From Vicugna vicugna (lineage: Eukaryota), in contig MU058485.1 of assembly GCA_013265495.1 (NCBI GenBank), positions 1-64,000 on the forward strand: a stretch of 64,000 nucleotides of DNA, given 5' to 3'. Positions within the stretch are counted from its first letter, which is position 1; every line of letters starts with the position of its first letter. Below the pieces are notes generated by a model. That model was not told the DNA's origin and did not search any database. It was given only the letters and a program-made list of their open reading frames with translations. The position numbers and the translations under genes were made by a program. This document shows, piece after piece, positions 38,346 through 52,169 of this stretch.

Positions 38346-39174
38346 TATGGAGATCAAAGTCTTAAAAAGTTGTTTTTCTTAGTTTTTAAGCCATCAGTTT
38401 ATAGAGAAAGCATTTTATTTCCTCCTCTACTCTCTTTCATCATTCTTTTCTTCAACACAGTTAAGATGCTTGTGAAAGAATAACTTTTTGGTGTGTGTGT
38501 GATTAAATGTGCAAATTAGTTAAGGCTGAGAAAACTGTATTATAGAAGGTATATTAAGCCTTCCTCTCTTGTACAGCACATATAGGCCATTTAAATAGTA
38601 TGCATTTTTTAAAAAGTCTACATAATAATTTTTAAATTATGTATTAAGTATTCATAATAGTTAAGATTCTTTAAATGATTACTATTGCTTCAGCACACAT
38701 CTATTTTTCTAAATCCTCACAATCACCCTGTGGGTAAGGTAATGTTATATTTCTTTTACAGATGAGGAAATAGAGCCACATGGAGATGATGCAATTTGCC
38801 CCAAATGAAGCAACTATTAAGTGAAAGGACTGAAATACTCAAAGAGCCCAAAGACACACTAACTGTATAGCACTGTCGCCTACATGGTCTGTGAAATCAA
38901 TTCTAATTCATTTCAGAACTTTTACAAACTTGACACATTTCCATTTTTCTTCCAAGCACTTAATGGGTTCAATATTTCTTAAGAAACAGGAAAGGTTTCC
39001 ATTCTCCTTCCTCAAGTTTCTTCTTACTTATAATCTTTTCTGATCATAACTTTAATATTTGCTCATTAAAGAAAATTTGAAAGTACTCAGTAGTGGACAG
39101 AAGTGCTGTCCTGGATCTGTCCCCAGTCTTAAGAGGACCCAGATTTTGCTTTAGGATAAATAACCTCCCTTCTG

Positions 39175-39670
39175 TTTTCAGTCCTGTGATTTAAGCTCAA
39201 TTGACCCATTCTTTCTGAAGCACCAGAGGTTAATCTCAGTTGGTTTAAGACAAATAATACCCCTCATTCTATTGGCCTCACACATGATTTGAGAATTGGC
39301 AAATAACCCAGTAAGAGCCACTATTATGTGGGGAGATACGTGCTGGTGCCCATGTGAATGATAAGCTTCCTCTGTCAAGAGAGGAAGCTGCCAAAAGAGA
39401 CCTCTCTTGATTTAGATTGATGTGTAATCTGGGATGCTGAGTGCCAAAAGCAGCATGCTGAGACATCCTTGGACACAGAATGAAGACAGTACAAAACCAG
39501 CCCTTGACATCATCTGGGATACAGTATCTCTCCTTGATTGAAGCCAGACCTCAGGCCTGAGGTTTTCATTTACAAGAACCAATAAATACCATCCATCCCC
39601 ATTTTTTGGTTGTTGTTTAAACACATTGGAGATTGATTTTGTTACCTACAATCAAAAGATTCCAACTCTG
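39175..39670 (+). mobile_element. Old MLT1-type MaLR LTR
   Basis: 3' end GAACCAATAAAT...GATTTTGTTACCTACAATCAAAAGATTCCAACT; boundaries approximate. Confidence 0.5.
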
Positions 39671-41250
39671 AAAATGAATAAAAAATAAAATAAGAAAATG
39701 CTTCTACCTATAGACATAATTCCTTCAAAACTGTGCAGTTTGTATATTACAAATCATTTTATATATTAATTTTATTCTCAAGCCTATCATAAGCATAACA
39801 CTTCGACATGTCATAAAATATTTTCATAGACACACCTTTTCATGGCTGCATAATATTCTACTATGTGAAGGGTTGGAAGAATATTTTGGCTGAGATTTTA
39901 TATATATATACATATAAAAGTATGTCTGTGACTTGCATCCATACTGATTTTCCCTGCCATTTTGAAATACATTCTGATTAAAAGCTGAATTAGTGGATTA
40001 AAGCATATGAATATTTTTAACTCTTGATATGAACTGCCAGACTGCTTTCTAAGAAGGCTGGAGGAGTACACCGGAAATTAACACAGCATTGTAAATCAAC
40101 CATACTTCACAAAAAATATCCAGTAACCTAGGCATGGGATTGGTGTTCACTGGCACTTCATCCTCATAAACAGACCTGTGTCACTTGAGATGTGGAAAAC
40201 CATTTCATTTTGATGTGCACTGACTGAATTACCATTGGAATGTGACATATAGTTTTTCCTTTGTGAATGTGTGTTCATCTTCTCTGCCTTCTACGCTCCT
40301 GAGTTTTTTTGATGTTACCTTTGAAGTGATCTGAACTCTCTATGTATTGAATCTGCCCCTTGTCAGATTTGTAAACAAATAACATTCTCTGGTGTTTTGT
40401 TTAAAATTAAGATGCTTCTGGTGAATGAAAATCTTTATATATTTTCCTCTGAAACTTACTGCTCATCTAGAGGTTGTATATTCATCCATATTTATTTCTA
40501 GTTTTTTTCTAATTGTGTTACTTTTTAAAATGTTTCTGGAATTTATCACAATATATGGTTCACTGTATGATTTCAATCTTTTCTTTTCCCCCCAATTAGC
40601 TAACAAGTGTTCCATTTACTGAATAACCTTTATTTATCTCCCTGATTTGTAATGCCTTCCATCTCTTACATTAAATTATTATTGATATCAGAGCCCATAT
40701 CTGGACTTCCTGTCCTATTTTCTAATCTGGCTATTCTTGAACTAGTAAAACTCTCATTATCTTATTAATTATTATATTACTAATATGATTTTATTCACAG
40801 TAAACCCCAAATCAATTTTATAACTTCTGATATTTTGGAGATATGATCTTTTAATCTAGAATCATGTGATTAAAGCATCTTTTATATCTTTCAGTAGTTT
40901 TTACTTTTTTTTTGATAGTTCCTACTATCCTTTTGTTAGGCTAGTCTTAGACATTTTACCTTGGTTGTTACTCTTGGAAAATTTTAGAATTCTTAATGCC
41001 TCCATCTGGTCTCTTATTCAGACACTGGAGAATCCTAAACCACTGATCTGATTTGAACAAATGAGGTGAAAAGAATTGGGGGAAGCACTGTGAGCAGAAG
41101 AGCCTGCGGAACCTCCAGAGTGGTGCCCTGCGTTGGCTCAGATGTTCTCTGGGAAAAATTTTCTCTATGAGACTACATAGTTCCCCGCTTGACTTTCAGT
41201 TTTCTCTGCATTTCACATTAGATTTTAAAAAGTCTGTGCCAGGTTCTTAC

Positions 41251-41326
41251 CCAGAAAGAGAGCACTTGCATAAAGGGTTATATGTATACACTTTCCCCAG
41301 GTGGTAAAGGGAACACGCTCTTCTTC
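41251..41326 (-). pseudogene. ANO6: ANO6 exon 12 equivalent
   Basis: EEERVPFTTWGKCIHITLYASAL [-2] W; TAG| and |GTAAGA. Confidence 0.93.
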
Positions 41327-41889
41327 CTAATTAAATAAACAAGTTTAGTCAATCAAGGGATTACACCAATGAAATGATTTTTCTCCTAACTGGTCACTAA
41401 ATCCTAAACATAATTTAAAAAAATAATAATTTTCAGACATAGCCTCCTTATTTGTAACTGCATGAGGTTTTTTTCTTTTTTTTTCTTTTCTGTTAACTAT
41501 GTCAAACACACAACAAAATATGTACAGTGTTCATTTTAATACTATTTTTTGAAAATGCACATGTGAACAGTAAACTGTTTCCCTGCCATGGTCTGAGCTT
41601 AGGGGTCTGGGTACCTGACGAGGCCAAGCTGTAAAGCTCTGTTCCTGAGCTTGCCTTAGATTTCAGAAGTGATGCTAATGACAGCTTAGAGTCCATGCAG
41701 GACAGGAAGTTTCACAGGTGTCTGCAGAAAACTGGTCTCCACTGTGTGTTTCTTGGTTGAGCTTTATGTGTTAATTAGCTACAACTATGAAGTTTTAGAG
41801 TTTCCATTTTAGAGTTTATATTTAGATTTTTTTTTTAGAGATGAAATCATTAAGACTCAAGATTTACCAGGATTATAAAAGCAGATATA

Positions 41890-42140
41890 GTATAATAATA
41901 GCTGTAACTAAGTACATGGCCCTTCCTCTGTGCCAGGAAGTCTTCCAAGTAGATTCTGTACATTAATTTGACCCATCCTTACCACAGTCATTAGGAAGCA
42001 ACTCTCTTGTTCTTATTTTATAGGAAACTATGGCACAGAGAAGTTAAGTTGTCCAAGATCACTCAGGAAGCAAGCTGCTGTGTTCAAATATGAATTTAGG
42101 CAACTTCATTCCCAAGGTCTCACTACCACAATGCTGGCCT
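41890..42140 (-). mobile_element. MIR SINE
   Basis: GGAAACTATGGCACAGAGAAGTTAAGT...GTCCAAGATCAC reverse MIR core. Confidence 0.65.
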
Positions 42141-43383
42141 CTCTAAACAATGGAGCATGCATTCGCAACTAAAGTAAAAAGCTTCAATTAAAAAACTAAA
42201 AAAAAAATTAAATAATTTTTTAAATAAGGAAGAACGATAAAGTGAAATGAGTCTTCATCTTCAATTTTTCAACAAGCATGTTCCAATGAAAATTTAAACA
42301 TTATTTGGCAATTTTAAATTTAAAATTGGCAGTTTAAATGACCAAAAAACTTTTCTTCAGTATTTTTTTTATGCTGCCAATATGATAAGTTTTTGTTTTT
42401 CAGGACTCGAAAACATTGTGAACATCTAATTTTGTCTAAGTTTCAGCTTTCATCTCTGAATGTAGAGTCTTTCACCAACATATGCTTTGAACCCCATCTT
42501 CAGTTGTAAATAATGGGAACTATTCATAATGGGGATTATTAGAAGCTTATTACATTGTAAAAGACAAATGTCACTTTCTATTGGTAGCTGAACCTCATTT
42601 TTTTCATTTATAAAAAGAGGAGTTTGACCTGCTCCCTCTAGACCTTTTCAGTGCCAACATTCTGTAGATCTGTTATTCAATTTATAAAATCTATAGTTGG
42701 AGACATTTTCAGATGCTCCTAGTAAAAGCAGTTTCTTTCCAAGTGTTATTCATGCTCACAATCTACTGTCCTGCTGCTGCTGACTGCAAGTACCATCAGC
42801 TCTAAATTATCTCAATTGAGGGAAAGAAGCAATAATACAGATGACTCAAAAAATCATCTTTTCATAGCTCTGGAATGTTGATACAAAGATATATAGTTTT
42901 ATTTTTTTAATTTTGCAGCAGGAGTGGCAGCAATAAATTTACATTTCCAGTTATATAAAATGCCTAGCTCAAACACTGCTTAAACACTGATGGCACCTCA
43001 ACAAAGGTTTCCCTGCTTCCTCTACATTTTCTCTGCCTTTAGGATGAGAGCCATGCTGCTTTGTGCACATCCCAACCGGAAGGGGGAGCAGTGACCGGGA
43101 CTTAGTTCAAGACAATGGGGCACCTAGTCTACGATGAAAAGGAGGCCGCAATAATGAAGGCACATGTGAAAAAATGGGAGTCAACTATAAAAACCAATGT
43201 GTCTTTCCTTCTACATCTATGTCATAGTGGCTAACTTATATTTTGCATTTTTTATTGGTGTTATGAAAGGATACAAATCAATGCCTCTTTTCTTATATAT
43301 TTATACCAGTCTTTTTCTTTTCCCCCTTTTTACTGTTATTATGAAGGAAGGACCACACTTCTCTTCTGTGTCCACCATTCCAG

Positions 43384-43566
43384 GCAGTGCTCCTTCAGCT
43401 TGGCTGCACATTAGAATAACCAGAGGAGCTTTAAAAACTTCCCTATGCCCGAATGCACCCCAGGCCACTAAGTACCATCAGAGTTTGCAGTGATGTAATC
43501 CAGGCATCAAAATTTTTTAAGGTCCCCTGGTGATTCCAACAAGAAGCCAAGGCTGACAAGTCCAGA
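43384..43566. mobile_element. MER5A-like hAT MITE
   Basis: CAGTG...TTGGCTGCACATTAGAATAACC...CCCCTGGTGATTCCAA. Confidence 0.7.
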
Positions 43567-43607
43567 AGTAAACAGACTAAAGTGCATCTAAACAGCGCCC
43601 GCTTTTC

Positions 43608-43744
43608 CTGGGTAATCTCATCTATCTCCACGTGGGGACACCGCACCTCCTATTCTGGCCGGACTTGTTCTTCCTGCTCAACTGTGTCCCATTTGTACTC
43701 AAGTTCTGTCTGGCGCCGCTTCCAGAACTCCAGAAGTAAGGTGA
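43608..43744 (-). pseudogene. ANO6: ANO6 exon 11 equivalent
   Basis: TLLLEFWKRRQTELEYKWDTVE--QEEQVRPE*EVRCPHVEIDEITQ; donor mutated to GAAAAG. Confidence 0.95.
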
Positions 43745-44073
43745 CTAACAGAGAGAGAGAACAGCAGAATACAGATCTTCAGTGATGACTGATGCTTCAG
43801 AAACCTGTACTTAATATTTATTACCCTTAACACTTTGGTAAATGGTTAATAAAATCACATTTTATTTATAGGCGATATTAAAGAGAAACATGAATTAATG
43901 CCTTTTTTTAAGAAAAAAGAAAATGTAGATAATTTATTGAACTTGTGAAAACAGACTATCTAGCTCTCTAGCTCAGGGGAAAGGTATTAACGTTATGGTC
44001 AGAGGCAAGTGACTGTGTCTGATGCTAAAATACCTGTTACCAGCACATTATGCCCACTAAAAACACAAACATT

Positions 44074-44177
44074 GGGAGGAAGGGTGGGTATAGCCCAGTG
44101 GTAGAGCATGTGCTTAGCATGTACAAGGTCCTGGGTTCAAGCCCCAGTACCTCCATTAAAAAAGAAAGTTAAAAAAA
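44074..44177 (+). mobile_element. vic-1-type SINE
   Basis: GGGTATAGCCCAGTGGTAGAGC (A box)...GGTTCAAGCCC (B box), A tail, flanking AAAAACACAA duplication. Confidence 0.85.
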
Positions 44178-44559
44178 ACACAAGTAACTGTCATAATTTA
44201 AAAGCGGTGCACAGTCCACCCTCCAAGCCTTCTCCTCACATCCCTGTCTCTTCTGTCCAATGGACCTGAGGGTGGAGAAGGGGATGAGAATGCGTTCTTA
44301 GCCCCTGCATTTCTATTTTCCACCACCCCAGTAACACAAAATTAAAATAATATTCTTAATTATGGAAAACTGCAATTTTCCTCAATCTTCGGTAAAGTAA
44401 TTTTTAGAAATCGTCATTCTGTTTTAAAACTCATAACTTCAAATAGTAGACAAAAACAGCATGAAATGTTAATTGAAAATGTGGCTTCAGGGTAAATCCC
44501 CTAAGCCCTTCTTCCAACCAGACTGTTACCCCTAGGCCCCAACTACAGAGAAATTCCAG

Positions 44560-45450
44560 AATAACCACTCTTCCCTCCACCATTATACCTGAGTCTCTAC
44601 CATGCTCTGAGAATAAAGAGGAAAAAGACACAGTCCCTGCTTCCGGGAGCTCCTAGGTGCACAGGAGTCATCGTGAAATGATGGCTGAGGAGGCGTGTTA
44701 AGAGGGCTTGGATAACATTCAGCAGAGGGTGCTTGGGGCAGGGAGCCAGAACTGTAGCCAAGGCTCTCCCAGAGGAGGGAACCACTGTGCTGATTTCTGA
44801 GATGCCCTAGATGTGATGAGGTGAAGGTATAATGTTAAGGCAGTTACTCCCTGGGGAGCTGCTCATGCAAAGGAGGGAGGCCAAAGAGAGCCAGGTCCCT
44901 TCCAGGAACTGGAAATAGTCTAGAAGTGAGCGCAGGGTGTGGGAGGCAGGTGAGGCAACCAGGTGGAGAGATCACAGGTGCACATCACAAAGGACTCTGT
45001 GTGCCTCCAAGGTAGAGGAGACAAGCAAAGTGCTCTAGAAAGAGACAAGATAGAGGCAGGGAGTCCTATTGGCAGGTTCATGTGAAGGCCTGCCGAGGCC
45101 CCGCCAGGAGGAGAGAGAAGAAAACATTTCAGCAGGTGGACCTATTGGCCACGGGTGTGATGGAAGGGCAGGAAGTGGTCAAAGATGCCGGCCAGATTTC
45201 TGGCTTTATCAGTGCCCTAAATTATAGTGCCATTCCCAGAAATAAGAAGGGCAGGAAGAGGGGCAAGTCATGAGAGGAGACAACTGATTCAGTTCTGGCT
45301 GGGTGCCTGTGGGCTCCAGGAGAGATGTCCAGTAGGCAAATAAAAGTCTAGAAATCGGGAGAAAGTTCTAGGATGAGCCAAGTAGTTTTCCTGTTTCAAG
45401 AGGCTAGTGGGTGTGAGTGGACAAGCTCAAGAGAAGAGGTGTGGAGGGGT
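44560..45450 (-). mobile_element. Decayed L2 fragment
   Basis: Reverse L2 motifs (AAAGACACAGTCCCTGC, GGAAGTGGTCAAAGATG, GAGATGTCCAGTAGGCA). Confidence 0.55.
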
Positions 45451-45544
45451 AGCTCTCACCCTCCTGCACATGGGAAGCATCTGGGAGCCTTTAAAAAATA
45501 GTGCGCCCCAGTCTGGAGTGGGGATTTTGTACTATTTATTGTTT

Positions 45545-45674
45545 TTTAAGTACTTCTTTCCTTTTTTGGGGGGGTAGTTAGATTTATTTATTTTAATGGA
45601 GGTACTGGGAATTGAACACAGGATCTCTTGCATGCTAAGCATGTGCTCTACCACTGAGCCGGACCCTCCCCACC
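45545..45674 (-). mobile_element. vic-1-type SINE inside a MER5-like element
   Basis: GGAGGTACTGGGAATTGAAC...CATGCTAAGCATGTGCTCTACCACTGAGC. Confidence 0.85.
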
Positions 45675-47642
45675 TTTTTATGTTTTTAGACATTAGCTCT
45701 ACTGAGCAGTCAGGGTTGAGACTCAACCTGTAGACAGCAGACAGCCTTGGGGTAGAGATCAAGGGGAAGCTTCCCAGAGCCCTGCAGACCCCACCAGGGG
45801 CAGCCGGAGACACAGGGAGCCTCGGACGGGCTGTGAGGAACGTGAACTCAACACTCCCCAATGGCAAAGACGACAAACATGTTTCAAGCACCCACTTCCC
45901 AGCAGTGTTTGTTCTGACTTTACTAGATTTCCAGTAATACTGAGTGAGAATAGAAATAATCTGGACACAGGGATCAAATTCAAATGCTGGTTCTGACCAT
46001 TCTTAGCTTCGTGATTACTGATTAACAGGTTACCCATCTGCCACATGTAAAATGGGGGACATAGAACCGTGCTCATGGGCTGCTGTGAGCATAAAGAAAT
46101 GACATCTATAAAGGCCCTCCTGACTCTCAGAGGTAATTGCTACTATTGTCCCCATTTGGGACACCAAGAAACAGAGGCACAGAAAGCTTCAAACATTTGT
46201 CCAAGATGAGGGGTGGGGTCAGGAATCAAGCCAATGACTTCTTGGATCCAGAGCCCAGGATCTTCTTACGAACAACACGGCACTGCCCAGGTTCCCTGCT
46301 CCAAAACCCGCCTCCCTTTGGCTCAGTTCCATGGTGCCTGCGCTGCGCAGATGTCATCACTGCCTGCCTGCCTGCCCAGCGTCTGATCCCAGCACTCCTC
46401 CCTCTGTCCCACACACCGCTTCCTTGCGCACACCAACCCTCATGAGGCCATTGCTGTGCCTACTCGGATGTTTACACAGAAAGGCAGGTGGCAGCCCAGC
46501 TTTTTGCTATAGATGCTGCTGTCAGTGGAGGCAAAGAGCTCACAGTTGCTGGGCGAGGCCACTTCTGGTCTCCTCCTTGGCTGGAGAGCTGGATGGAATC
46601 CAGTTTCCTTCTGCAACTTAGACACTCAGCATGAGAGATATGTAAGGCCATCTGGCCTCTCAACATAGAAATGATGCCCCCGCAGTCGTACTTAACATTG
46701 TAATCTCCTGGCTCCACCAGGGAGCAGAGGCCATGGCCTGTTGTCCACCAAGTTTTGTTTCCTTGCACGACAGCTACAATGGGGTGAGTTAACACTGGAC
46801 CAGAAAATCTACAAAGCACTTGTGTACTATTTCCTGACACTTGCAGGTCAACCAAATACCCCAGATCCTCCAAGTAAACAACTAGTAAGAGGAGCTGAGC
46901 TGGGTCGTCTGTCAGACCCCTGATGGCAGGACTGATTTGGCCTCTCCTGCTCTGGGGATGATCCGTTCTCCTTCTGTGTGCCCTTCCCCGAATGAAAGAG
47001 ACTGTTCTTTGTTTATGGGCTAGGGAGTATTTGTGGCTGTCTGACCAGAACCTTCAAAAGTAGAGCTCTTGGTCAGAATGGAAGCATGGCACCCACGTCT
47101 CATGGGCTCAGCTACCCAACAGCCTCATCTAGCCAAGACTGTGGCCAACACCAGGGGTCCATGCTGTTGAGTGTTGGGTCTGGAGAGCAATGCCTCCACC
47201 ACTGAGAAGCTGCCCCACCACTTGTGCCCTTGTCCCCTTCGAGGGGGAGGTGACGCAAGGGATGAAAGCCTTGAGGGCACTAGGTGACTGTGGACCACGC
47301 TGTGACTGGACGGTCCTGCCCCCCATGTGACCCATGTTAGCCTCACGTGCAGAAAATCCCGAAAGAGACCCCTGCTTGAGTGAACGGGTCACCTATAAGC
47401 CAACTGTCCTTGGGCCGCCTAAGAAGCAACACAGTATACACAGTGAGCCCCCCACTCACTGATGTCCCCAATGCTCACAGCTCCTTGATGTGACACCAGG
47501 TACCCCCAGCAAACAGAAGACCCTTACTTTATAATTGACTTGAGAATTCTACTGCCAACACTGCCTTCCACCTTCCACTTATAAAGTTCTTTCCACTCTG
47601 TCCCCTGCTCTGCAATTGTGCAATCAGTCCTGAGCTCCTTCA

Positions 47643-48254
47643 TGAGACAGGAGGGAAGGGGGCCGGGCACAGCCATTAAAAGGATGGCACAGCCATTAGC
47701 ACCATGACGGTAGAAAAGTCAACTCCCAGTAGATCTTGAGCTTCAATACACACTCACTGAAATACAGCAGGATGCTAAATGGCACTCCCACAGGTGCCAG
47801 GACAGGTTCAAGGCTGACCATAAAAGGTCAAAGGGTGAGTGGTGGCCCAATTTCTGGGAATCCCAACACCTTCCCCAAAGCAGTTGGAATATTCCTCCCA
47901 CTTATTAGAATATGAAGATACTGAGTGCATAAAAACTAACAACCCCACTCATCGTGGCTGCTCTCTCTGCTGAGGGAGACAGCCCACACTCTGTCTGTGG
48001 AGTGTGTATCTACTTTTACTTTAAACTGGAGCACCCAACCCCCACGCCTCATGGCCTTTCTCTTGCCTTCTGAAACAGCCCACTCTGTATATGGAGTATA
48101 TATCTCTCTGAATAAATCTACATTTACTGAACTGTGGCTCTCTCTTTAATTCATTCCTGAGCAAACCAAGGACCCACACTTGGCGAGGTGCATCCCAGAG
48201 ACCCAAATAAGACCTGGGATACGGCCATCCTCTCCCCCACATTTTCCTGTATCA
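47643..48254 (+). mobile_element. Solo ERV1-type LTR
   Basis: TGAGACAG...GTATCA termini, CATAAAAA TATA-like box, AATAAA at 48,111, flanks TTCA/TACA, internal short duplications. Confidence 0.75.
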
Positions 48255-50550
48255 TACATTCCTTCCCAAAGGATCTCACCTTGTGCACTCCAAAGTAGAC
48301 AGCACTCATGTGTCCTGACCTGGATCTGCTTCTGCGTTTATCATTTCTTATGTCCACTAGAACGTCACCTTCATGAGGACAGGGATTTGGTTCTGTTCAC
48401 AATGGAAGCACCAGCACATCACAGGTGCTGGAGAAGTATTAGTTGAATGAATGAGCTGTGGGAAGTCCTGGGAATTCCACCTGCAACTCCTAGCCACTTG
48501 GGTCCCAGCTGACTCCAGTTGCTCCCTGCTACTCATGGCTGACCTCTTGCCACCACTCTCTGCTCTGCCACCACCTAAGCCGGGATGAGCTGAGATGATC
48601 ACACACCCCGGAGAGCATGGCGGCTGGTTCATGAGGTTGCAACACACTCGCCCCTTGACTGCTAGGGGTTACTTAGGATGGACAAACTGAAGGCAGCACC
48701 ATGTGCACTGCCCTACCCCACAACTCACTTGGAGCACCAGGACTGCACATAGGGGAAACGCTGGCTCTTTCCAACCGAAGGAGAGGGACTATGGGTGAGA
48801 AGAGGGTCTCTGTGAACTAACAGTCTCTTTACAAGCCCAGTCTTAGAAAAGCTTTTTAAAGACACTTTTGGTATCTTCCTTGTGTTTCTGTAATCCCTCT
48901 AGATTTTATCATTTTAATCTACACATCAGAAATAAAGATGCTCTTGAAATCTCTATTGATTTTCAATGAAGAAAATCCTCAATTTCCTTCACCACTAAGA
49001 AAATTACTGCACTTTATATAAAAAAAAAGCAGCTTCCTTTCATGAGTTTCTATCTTCAAACACCTAATTTCACAAGAACCAGTGAAGTGGGACATGAAAA
49101 TCATGCTGTGCTTTATCACCTACAGTTGGGCAGGGATGAAATGAATGAGTACTGATCTCATGAGGCAGGAAGGCTGGGGCTGTCTTATTCCTGCTACAGA
49201 TGGGAGGGTCCATATCTGTGAGGGGGAGGAAGGACCAAGGATGAGAAACCAACATTTTCTAACCCATTTCTCTTTTTCAGAGTCCCAGACAAAACAGTGT
49301 GATTGTATCAACAAAAACAAGAACATCTGCACCCTTCTAAAAGCAAGCCACAACTTTACTACTGCACACGGCACTCTGACACTGACCTAAAGGCTGATGA
49401 CAGCCAAGAAATTTGCAGGGATCTTATTCTGTGCTCATCCCTTTTTGTCTTTGGAACCTCAGGAAATTTGCCTCTTCTCCATGAGTGTCATTTTCCTCAT
49501 CCTTCAACTGGGAGTGTAACAGTCATTCATTTGCTCAGTGTCTATTTGACAACAGAAGATGGCTTATAAAAACAACAAAAAAAGTAAAACAGCAATTCTG
49601 ATCTGTGCTGTCTTCCTCCTTCTCCCTGAACATGAACTTACAGAGTAAAGTGGCATCTTTCACTAAATCCTGAACTTAAGGAGCAGTTCTGATAAGGAAG
49701 TCACAGGACTGCCGTGTAACTGAGAAATGACCCGGTGAAAAAGAATGAGTTGCCAGCAAATCCTCAAAACCCGTAAGGGTGCAAACCCTGGGAGCTACAG
49801 GCATGGGTGGGAGTTCCTTAGTTCCCCATTTCACAAAGCCGAGAACTTTGCAGAGTCCATGAAAGACACAGATAGCCCAGCACAACCACACCATGTTTTG
49901 GAGTACACCGGGGCCACATCACTGCTGCCCTGCACTTCTGTGTGTCCCAGAACAAGAGTCCTGGGCGGGGGTGACTGTGTTTGAGGCTGGACAAGAACTT
50001 CCTGTTCTGTCTCTTTTGCTCTCTCTCTTCCTGCAATAAAACAACTGGTAGGACTCTGGTGCTCTGGTGGGGAGCACTGCACCCACATTCTCTGGCAAAC
50101 CACACACCAGGCAGCTCTAGCTCATCTGAGAGAGGACTCTTCAATGAACATATACACGACAAAGTCAGGCAGAAGGCTGCCTGTGACCTTGTGAATCCAA
50201 ACCAGCTTGTCCTGTTAATCAGGATATTAGATATCTAAAGAAAGTGTGCACCAGATGAAGATGATGCCTGTAGACAGTGTTGGTGGTTATGTCCAGCAGT
50301 GTCTAAGGACAAGTCAAGCTCTGGTAGATGGGAGCATTTTGGTTGTTTTAAGAGTTTGCTACTGAAGGGCTGGGACATTTCATTGGGCCTTGAAACTCCA
50401 GAACTCTTTACTCACAAAGGCAGACAAGTTAGGGAAGCCAGCTCAGCCTTTATTCCCACTTCCTAACCAAAAGGCTATGAGTTTGAAAATATATTTCTCG
50501 TACTCTTTTGCAGCAAGGCTTCCAGAAGTGGCTTTAAAAATGCCCATCAG

Positions 50551-50783
50551 AGATTGAGATTTGCAAATATTAACTAATATATGTAAAAATAGCTAAAAAA
50601 TGAAATTTCTTCTGTATAGCACAGGGAACTATATTTAATATCTTGCAATAACCTTTAATGAAAAAGTATATGAAAAGGAATTCATAGATATATACGTGTA
50701 TATGAATGACTGGAACATTGTGCTGTACATCAGAAATTGACACATTGTAACTGACTATACTTCAATTAAAAAAATATATATAT
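50551..50783 (+). mobile_element. 5'-truncated L1 with target-site duplication
   Basis: L1 3' UTR flanked by AATGCCCATCAG at 50,539-50,550 and 50,784-50,795. Confidence 0.9.
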
Positions 50784-52169
50784 AATGCCCATCAGCAGCA
50801 TCTGAGTGTCACTGAAAGCAGAAACCCAGATGAATGGAGGCAGAGGTGGTTCGAGGAGCTACTTTATTTTGCTGGGGTGGATGCAGCCATCATGTTAGAG
50901 ATCTAGAAGTAATGCTCACAATGGCCACTCACTGATCTGCAAATGAGTTAGGGTAACAGCTTCCTGAAATCCTCCCCACCCCTCCTGATAAGCCAGGTGT
51001 CTGGGGTTTCTCTGGAAATCACTAGGCGCAGTCTGGAACTCAAAGGTAAAAATTAAGAACTGCAGTCAGGCAGCAAATGGACTGGCAGGACGCATTGGAC
51101 AAAAGTAGGTCAGAAATAACAAGGAATGGGGAGGGGATAGAACGTGTGCTGAGGACCCTGACTTCAGTGGTGGATTGTCTGTGTTGAGGACTCTGAGTCA
51201 GTATGAGTAGATGGATTGGTGTGGACTAAAATGGTGGCCATTGTTCAGATAAGTGTGTGATTTGGACTGTATTTATTAGAGGAGGGTTTTTTTTTTCCCC
51301 TTCAACATTGATCATTTCTAGGGAGCAGAAAAATACTCTGCCACACAACATCTAAGTGCAAAAGAGATGCTACAGGATGATGGTGGTATGAAAAATTTCA
51401 GTTCTGCATTTTCAAGATTTCCTTAATGAGGTTCACAGCAGTAGGTACTTAAAATAAAATATGGTATTTAAAATAAAGACATCATCATATGTACATATCC
51501 TTAAAGATACACATATGGTGCTATAAGTGGGCCTGAAATGTGTTCTGCATTCTAAAATCCGATGAAATAAAATCAGTAGTTCAATATGCCTGTCGGCTCT
51601 ATAAACATGATGTAGCTCATGATCACAGAAAGCAAGATCAGCTAGGAAATTTGAGGTTTGTCTTTTCCAGTGTCAAAGGTAATATTTTTTGCTTTACTTA
51701 AAAAGCATTCTTTTAAATTAGGGCTTTCAGCATCCATTGGTATACGGGGTTCAGTAGATGTGTTCAGATGTTCTAGACAGTGAATCAGAGCAAAGACTGA
51801 GGTTTAGACAGTAGTTAAATGTCTCACCCTTGTGATCAGCATCCACATATTGCTATACTGAAAATCCTTAAAAGTGAGAACTTCATTAAAGCAACGAAAA
51901 GTGAGGGAGAAAAATAGCCACAGACTAGTGGAAGTTTTGTAACTTGTAAAAATGACAAAGGGCTATTCATGAGCATATTTTTAAAAACTCCTACACTTTA
52001 ATAAGAAAAACAACAAACTGACAACAGGTTGCACACAGCTCCCTGTAGGAGAAGCCATGCAGATGGACTCTTATGTGAATGGGGCTGGAGCTGTAGAATT
52101 AGTTAGTCTTGCAAGTAATTCAGTTAAAAATAAATGCAAATGGGATACACTTCTAAAATATCTGAGTAA

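Noticed and set aside
21727..43744. Functional ANO6 with sequencing indel errors
   Set aside because: Nonsense substitutions, multi-base deletions, mutated splice dinucleotides and many missense changes are not explained by homopolymer errors.
44074..44177. tRNA gene
   Set aside because: A/B boxes are followed by an A tail and TSD, and the element occurs four times in the window: it is a SINE.
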